A DNA stretch of 30,867 nucleotides from a virus (lineage: Duplodnaviria > Caudoviricetes): IMG/VR virus record IMGVR_UViG_3300028638_000037, positions 1 to 30,867 of that record; one strand, given 5' to 3'. The notes under the pieces are model-generated. The model searched no databases, had not been told where the DNA came from, and saw only the letters and a list, made by a program, of their open reading frames with translations. Both the position numbers and the translations under genes were made by a program. This document shows, one piece after another, positions 26,595 to 30,867 of the stretch (position 1 is its first letter; the number at the start of each line of letters is the position of its first letter).

Positions 26595-28325
26595 CTAATT
26601 CGCTATTCGCAATTCATCATTCGCTATTCGTAATTCCTTTATTATCTCCTCCAACTCACTCTCTTTAACCTCAAGTCTATCACCAAATGCCCCATTTATC
26701 GCCACAACCTGCCAATTCATCAACGGATATCCCTGCCGCCTCGCTATCTCATGCTTCGCCTGTACCCGGCTGTATATCCTCTCAACCACATCTCCCGCCG
26801 TCTGAACCTCATCCCCGCGCGGACAGGCTATCTCATGGATCACCGTCTGCTCCGGAACCTCCACACCGCTCAAATCCGCAGCCGCTATCTCCTTTACCCG
26901 CCCCTGCGTCCGCGTCTCCCCCGGCGACCTGAACTCCCCATAAACCACACTCTGCTCTGTCCAGCCGCCCTCCACCCTGTCCAATGCCTGCGCCGTCCAC
27001 TTCTTCCCCTCGCACTCCACAACCAAATCCGGTATATTGAAGATATCAGGTCCAACCAGACACCGCTTCCCCCATAACCCCTGATCCAGAACCTGATAAA
27101 GCCTGCCATCCCAATGTATCTGCCCCTTATAATCAATCTGACGGCTCTCCGTCGCCCTCGATGCCAGCGCCCTCAGCAATTGCCGATCCTCAGGCAACTC
27201 CCGCAGTCGCCGCCCGCTCTTCGCAGCCGATTCTACGAACATCCCAAATCGCGTCTGACCGTGCCGACTGTGCGCCCGCGTCTGTTGATGCCACGCCGCA
27301 AACTCAAACGCCCTCAAATTCAACTCAACCAAATCCCGCGCCGGTTTCCGCCTCAACTCCGTCTCAAATGCCTGCTCCCACCGCCACATCATGCTTTCAA
27401 CCGATCCCTTCGCCCGCGGATTCCCCACAACATGCGTCTTATACTCGATCCCAAGACGCGCCATAACCTCCCTGCCGTGCGCGCTCTTCACAATACTCCC
27501 ATTATCCGTTATCAACACGCTCGGCGCGCCATGAAATGGAAACCCTGCCGCAATCCTCCCAGCCCGCTCGATCTGATCCGGACTCGCGCTCATCCCAAGC
27601 GCCGCAAATAAACTCCCAGCGCCCTTCATCTGCCACGCGCTGAATAAAAACTCCAAACTCGTCGCGCAATCCTCAGCCGGAAAATACATCACAAAATATG
27701 CGCCCGAATAATGATCCACTATCAAATGACGCTTGATCGGCAAACCCTTCAACGGCTTATTCTTATAATCCCATCGCTGAAATCCAATCTCACAATTGGC
27801 TCCTGTATAATTATCAATTTTCAATTTTCCATTATCAATTGCTTTTACATACCACTGCCGACACTGGCTCGTATCATATTGATGTATATGGTTGACACCC
27901 TCGCTCCTCATTTCAACATGCGGCGTCGGCGCCAGCGCCGCCCGCTTGCTTATCCCGTTATCCCTCAGCCACCGGTTGAATGTGCACTCCGTCAATACAC
28001 CAGCAGGGATCGCTCCCGAATCCTCGGCAATCTGGATAGCCTTCCATGCCGGCATGTCTATCCTGCCCTTCTCGCTCCAACTCTCATACATAATGCCTGC
28101 CACTATCTCCATCTGCTCATCCGTCACCCCGATCCGGACACGACCCTTATCCGCCCTCGTCTGTCGTTTCTGTCCCGTCCGTCCCATCTGTCCTATCGCG
28201 CGATATATCCCCTGCTCCGTCTTCCCCAATATGCCCGCCCAACGCTGCACCACCGCGCGGCGCTCGCTCCCGATACGCTCCCCAATCTCATCCATTATTT
28301 CATTTATTACACTCGATGAGATCAT
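26595..28325 (-). CDS. MuA-like DDE transposase
   Basis: RADKG, HQYDTS, IVDHYSG, ITDNGS, PRAKGSVE catalytic pattern. Confidence 0.9.
   Translation of the reverse strand: MISSSVINEIMDEIGERIGSERRAVVQRWAGILGKTEQGIYRAIGQMGRTGQKRQTRADKGRVRIGVTDEQMEIVAGIMYESWSEKGRIDMPAWKAIQIAEDSGAIPAGVLTECTFNRWLRDNGISKRAALAPTPHVEMRSEGVNHIHQYDTSQCRQWYVKAIDNGKLKIDNYTGANCEIGFQRWDYKNKPLKGLPIKRHLIVDHYSGAYFVMYFPAEDCATSLEFLFSAWQMKGAGSLFAALGMSASPDQIERAGRIAAGFPFHGAPSVLITDNGSIVKSAHGREVMARLGIEYKTHVVGNPRAKGSVESMMWRWEQAFETELRRKPARDLVELNLRAFEFAAWHQQTRAHSRHGQTRFGMFVESAAKSGRRLRELPEDRQLLRALASRATESRQIDYKGQIHWDGRLYQVLDQGLWGKRCLVGPDIFNIPDLVVECEGKKWTAQALDRVEGGWTEQSVVYGEFRSPGETRTQGRVKEIAAADLSGVEVPEQTVIHEIACPRGDEVQTAGDVVERIYSRVQAKHEIARRQGYPLMNWQVVAINGAFGDRLEVKESELEEIIKELRIANDELRIAN
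26597..26636. repeat. 7-bp ATTCG(T/C)-type tandem repeat cluster; others at about 10252-10270, 14918-14950, 18995-19020, 24760-24783, 28840-28867; related 7-mers at 6060-6092, 20447-20478, 25443-25463, 27809-27841
   Basis: Read directly from sequence. Confidence 0.85.
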
Positions 28326-28550
28326 TTATCTCTCCCATTTATTCTTCCTGCCCGCGATAAAATAACGCTTCTGACCCACACACTTCGCCGCATGATTCCC
28401 GCCCCGACTGCGGATCGGCGCGCCCGCTGACCTTAAATAATTCAATATCGAACCCAAACTGACGCCATAAGCCTTCCCCAACTCCGACGCGCTCTCGCCA
28501 GCCGCATACCTCTTCACTATCTCCTCTATATAATACTCCTTCACTTTCAT
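28326..28550 (-). CDS. HTH DNA-binding protein, similar to 24451..24705
   Basis: SD GAGGAG before MKVKEYY; IVKRYAAGES..ELGKAYGVS. Confidence 0.7.
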   Translation of the reverse strand: MKVKEYYIEEIVKRYAAGESASELGKAYGVSLGSILNYLRSAGAPIRSRGGNHAAKCVGQKRYFIAGRKNKWER

Positions 28551-28626
28551 GATTAACTCCTCTTGTGTTTTTATTCGTCTGGACGCCGCAACGTGCACCT
28601 CGCTCCGGCGTCCCCATGAAGAAAAA

Positions 28627-28854
28627 CTACGCGCCCTTCTTTTCCCTGCCCTTCAAATACTCCCCAACACAGTCATTCGAACAAAACATACCCCCAGCGG
28701 CAAACATGTATATGCCCATGATCTCCTTATGGCAATGATCGCAATAAATCGGCTCAGCGCTGTTGTCGCTGTCCGTCCCCCATCCCTCGATCTCTCTCGT
28801 GCACATCTCCTGCCTCCTATGCCCGTCGTCCATATTTAGTAATTCGCTATTCAT
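28627..28854 (-). CDS. Small zinc-finger protein
   Basis: CDHC...FCSNDC. Confidence 0.6.
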   Translation of the reverse strand: MNSELLNMDDGHRRQEMCTREIEGWGTDSDNSAEPIYCDHCHKEIMGIYMFAAGGMFCSNDCVGEYLKGREKKGA

Positions 28855-28870
28855 AATTCGTAATTCACCC

Positions 28871-29653
28871 CTAATCCGTCATCCCCACCGCCGCACCGAA
28901 CTCCTCCCACCTCACCGTTATATCATCCTTCAAGTTATCGGACGCCTTCAAAAGCGCCACCTTCTCAGGCGTGTCGAAGATCTTCCGGTAATCCTCCGAT
29001 CCGATCATCGCCGCGATCGCCAGAAAATGCTCGAACATCTTGTCAGCCGCCGCACGCGCCGCCTTTAACTCGTTCCCGTTCCGCTTCCCGAGCAGCGCAT
29101 CCACCTTCTCAGCCATCCGATCCTTGTCCTCCTGCAACCTCCTCAACTGCTGCTTCCCGTTCTTCACAGCGTCCCGCAACTCCCGAACCTCCGCCTGCAA
29201 CTGATCCAAAGGCATCGCAGACGCCTCCTCGATCTTTAAATCCAGCACATTCTCAGCCTCGAACTCCGCCAAAACCTCGTCCGGTATCTTCGAAAGCAGC
29301 AAAAGCCGCGTCTTTCCCATCGTCTCCAGACGGTTCAAATATCCGGAATCCGGATATTTGGAAAGTATATGCTTTTCCACAAAAACCGCAATTGCCATCA
29401 ATTCATGCGCCCGCTGTTGAACGATCCCGATCTTCTTCAATGCCTCGATAAACTGCCCGTGTCCCTCCATGCTCTTCAGGCATATCAGCCGTTTCCCAGC
29501 CTCCAGCATCCCGTCCAGTGTCATCTGCAGATAATGCCGCGTCTCGGCGATGAATACCTCACGATCATAATCCCTGCCACCCAAATACGGGCGCAAGTCC
29601 ATCGCCACCCTCTCCACCGCCGTCAATTCCCTCTTCTCATGCGTAATCGTCAT
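28871..29653 (-). CDS. DUF3102-like Mu-type early protein
   Basis: LEAGKRLICLK...HGQF..AL, A..LM, C-terminal coiled coil. Confidence 0.7.
   Translation of the reverse strand: MTITHEKRELTAVERVAMDLRPYLGGRDYDREVFIAETRHYLQMTLDGMLEAGKRLICLKSMEGHGQFIEALKKIGIVQQRAHELMAIAVFVEKHILSKYPDSGYLNRLETMGKTRLLLLSKIPDEVLAEFEAENVLDLKIEEASAMPLDQLQAEVRELRDAVKNGKQQLRRLQEDKDRMAEKVDALLGKRNGNELKAARAAADKMFEHFLAIAAMIGSEDYRKIFDTPEKVALLKASDNLKDDITVRWEEFGAAVGMTD
29336..29360. repeat. 25-bp palindrome in coding sequence
   Basis: CAAATATCCGGA-A-TCCGGATATTTG. Confidence 0.95.
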
Positions 29654-30318
29654 CCCCAGTTCCTCCGTTTCTTATTATGTCCTATTGGTCGTTTATGACC
29701 TTTTTTAGCCACGTTTTTCAAATCACCGGATTCCGGTGATTTGCTCGCATTTAAGTTCTTTCCCAATTTCCAAATCCTGAACCCGCCCTCCCACTTGTCC
29801 GCGCCGCGCAACTCAACACGGATCCTCTCCAAATCATGCCGCGACACTATATCCCGTATCTGATCCATCATCAAACCGTTGATAATCCCTCCCGTCGCCT
29901 CAATCTCCATCCGCGCTATCTCTATAATCAACTCGTCCGCCGCGCTCACATCCCGCTGAACCGTCTCACCGGCATATCGCCATGGCTCCCCGCCGCCTAT
30001 CCGTCGCCGAACCTCCGCCGCACCGATCGGCGTCGGAACAGGATCCGCTATCCGTATTATGCAATCCTCAATATCATTATCCGGGATAAAACACCCGATA
30101 ACCTTCCCGCGATGCAACTTCCCCAAAATAACCTTGAGCCGAACGGTGGATAATCCAACCCCTCGGCTCAATGCCATCAAACCTACCTTTATGTCCCCGG
30201 GCGAACTCGCGTGCTGCTCCAGATCCCGCTCAACCAACTCCATCAATACAGCCCAGCCCTCGCACCCTAAAGCCTCCGGCAACCCGCTATACCTAAGCCA
30301 CTTGATTGATTTTTCCAT
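29650..30318 (-). CDS. Hypothetical protein, winged-helix-like N-terminus with possible DnaD-like C-terminus
   Basis: LMALSRGVGLS..RLKVILGKL HTH-like; ATG 30318 after AAGGA. Confidence 0.5.
   Translation of the reverse strand: MEKSIKWLRYSGLPEALGCEGWAVLMELVERDLEQHASSPGDIKVGLMALSRGVGLSTVRLKVILGKLHRGKVIGCFIPDNDIEDCIIRIADPVPTPIGAAEVRRRIGGGEPWRYAGETVQRDVSAADELIIEIARMEIEATGGIINGLMMDQIRDIVSRHDLERIRVELRGADKWEGGFRIWKLGKNLNASKSPESGDLKNVAKKGHKRPIGHNKKRRNWG
29719..29743. repeat. 25-bp palindrome in coding sequence
   Basis: CAAATCACCGGA-T-TCCGGTGATTTG. Confidence 0.95.
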
Positions 30319-30328
30319 GCCAGCATCC

Positions 30329-30442
30329 TTATTTGATAATTCCAAAAGCCCCCAGGATAATCAAAACCTGAATACACAAGATTAATCCCAAACTCGTGTA
30401 TATCGTGAAAGCCTCCCAATCAAACTTCCCATCCAGCCTCAT
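30329..30442 (-). CDS. 37-aa single-pass membrane protein; not in the ORF track
   Basis: MRLDGKFDWEAFTIYTSLGLILCIQVLIILGAFGIIK; SD GGGGGTG. Confidence 0.6.
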   Translation of the reverse strand: MRLDGKFDWEAFTIYTSLGLILCIQVLIILGAFGIIK

Positions 30443-30460
30443 CTGATTCACCCCCCTTCC

Positions 30461-30655
30461 TTAGGCGCACTCGCCCCACACTCGAATATATTCATAACCT
30501 AACTTATCCGCAATAATCCTGCGGATCCGCCGACTCACACTCTTCCGCTGAATAACCAGCGTCACAGCAGTCGGACTGCATCCCGCCTCCGCCGCTATCC
30601 CGCGCATCTTTATCTTCTTCCGTATCAGATTTGCCTTGACTACCTCAGGTCTCAT
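30461..30655 (-). CDS. ner: Ner/Cro-like transcriptional regulator
   Basis: M.P..VKA.L..K, IAAEAGCS, IADKLG....VW; first early gene. Confidence 0.7.
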   Translation of the reverse strand: MRPEVVKANLIRKKIKMRGIAAEAGCSPTAVTLVIQRKSVSRRIRRIIADKLGYEYIRVWGECA

Positions 30656-30659
30656 TTTC

Positions 30660-30845
30660 TAAATTTCCTTTTGTTTTAGTGAATTATTTAAGTTAATTAA
30701 TAAGATTTCTGGAGTAATTTTGGATTTGTGTCAAGAAGAAAATGAGTCTGATGTTCAATTTTTCCTTCATTGTTTGATCCTTTCCGCATGCACTCGGTTT
30801 GGCGGTGGGTTTGCATGCTTAAAACGGAATATCCAGAATTTATTA
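30660..30845. promoter_or_regulatory. AT-rich early promoter/operator region
   Basis: TTGACA on minus strand at 30734-30729; repeated TCCA(A/G)AA(T/A)T motifs. Confidence 0.4.
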
Positions 30846-30867
30846 TTCTTCTACAACTGCGAAAAAT

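Larger units (their letters stand above)
2300..30867 (-). mobile_element. Mu-like transposable prophage with siphovirus-type tail; continues past the right edge; left boundary approximate
   Basis: Mu-like order ner..A..B..DUF3164..gemA..terminase..gp29/30..I..T..gp36..G, then tube/chaperone/TMP with no sheath gene; C-rich plus strand from about 2390 onward. Confidence 0.92.

Noticed and set aside
78-30385. Numerous other plus-strand and alternate-frame ORFs in the track
   Set aside because: Pro/Arg/His-rich shadows overlapping well-supported minus-strand genes, with no motifs
1-30867. tRNA or rRNA genes, integrase and att sites
   Set aside because: None recognised; integration is explained by the DDE transposase

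Overview
Two genetic blocks, with essentially all real genes on the minus strand. (1) About 2,300 to beyond 30,867 is a nearly complete Mu-like transposable prophage with a non-contractile (sipho-type) tail. Read right to left it encodes: a Ner-like regulator, early genes, DDE transposase A, MuB-like ATPase, DUF3164 and GemA-like proteins, a lysis-position cluster with no recognisable endolysin, terminase, a portal-MuF fusion, protease/scaffold, capsid, neck, tail tube, a frameshifted chaperone, tape measure, tail tip, a signal-peptide-bearing pectinesterase-like fibre and a GH5 hydrolase. The repressor and the other phage end should lie beyond the window. (2) 1 to about 2,150 is the start of a different phage-like operon (HTH, small ORFs, RecT-like annealing protein) preceded by two NrdR-box-like sites. 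Most unusual: a perfect 48-bp inverted copy of tape-measure sequence inserted in-frame in a neck gene; an unannotated 54-aa stand-alone glycyl-radical (NrdD C-terminal) gene; twin in-frame 25-bp palindromes in adjacent early genes; nested REP-like hairpins and strand-polarised 7/9-bp repeats at gene junctions; Sec-type signal peptides on tail-module proteins; and a relic tail-fibre C-terminus. All family assignments come from motif recognition and synteny, not database searches.
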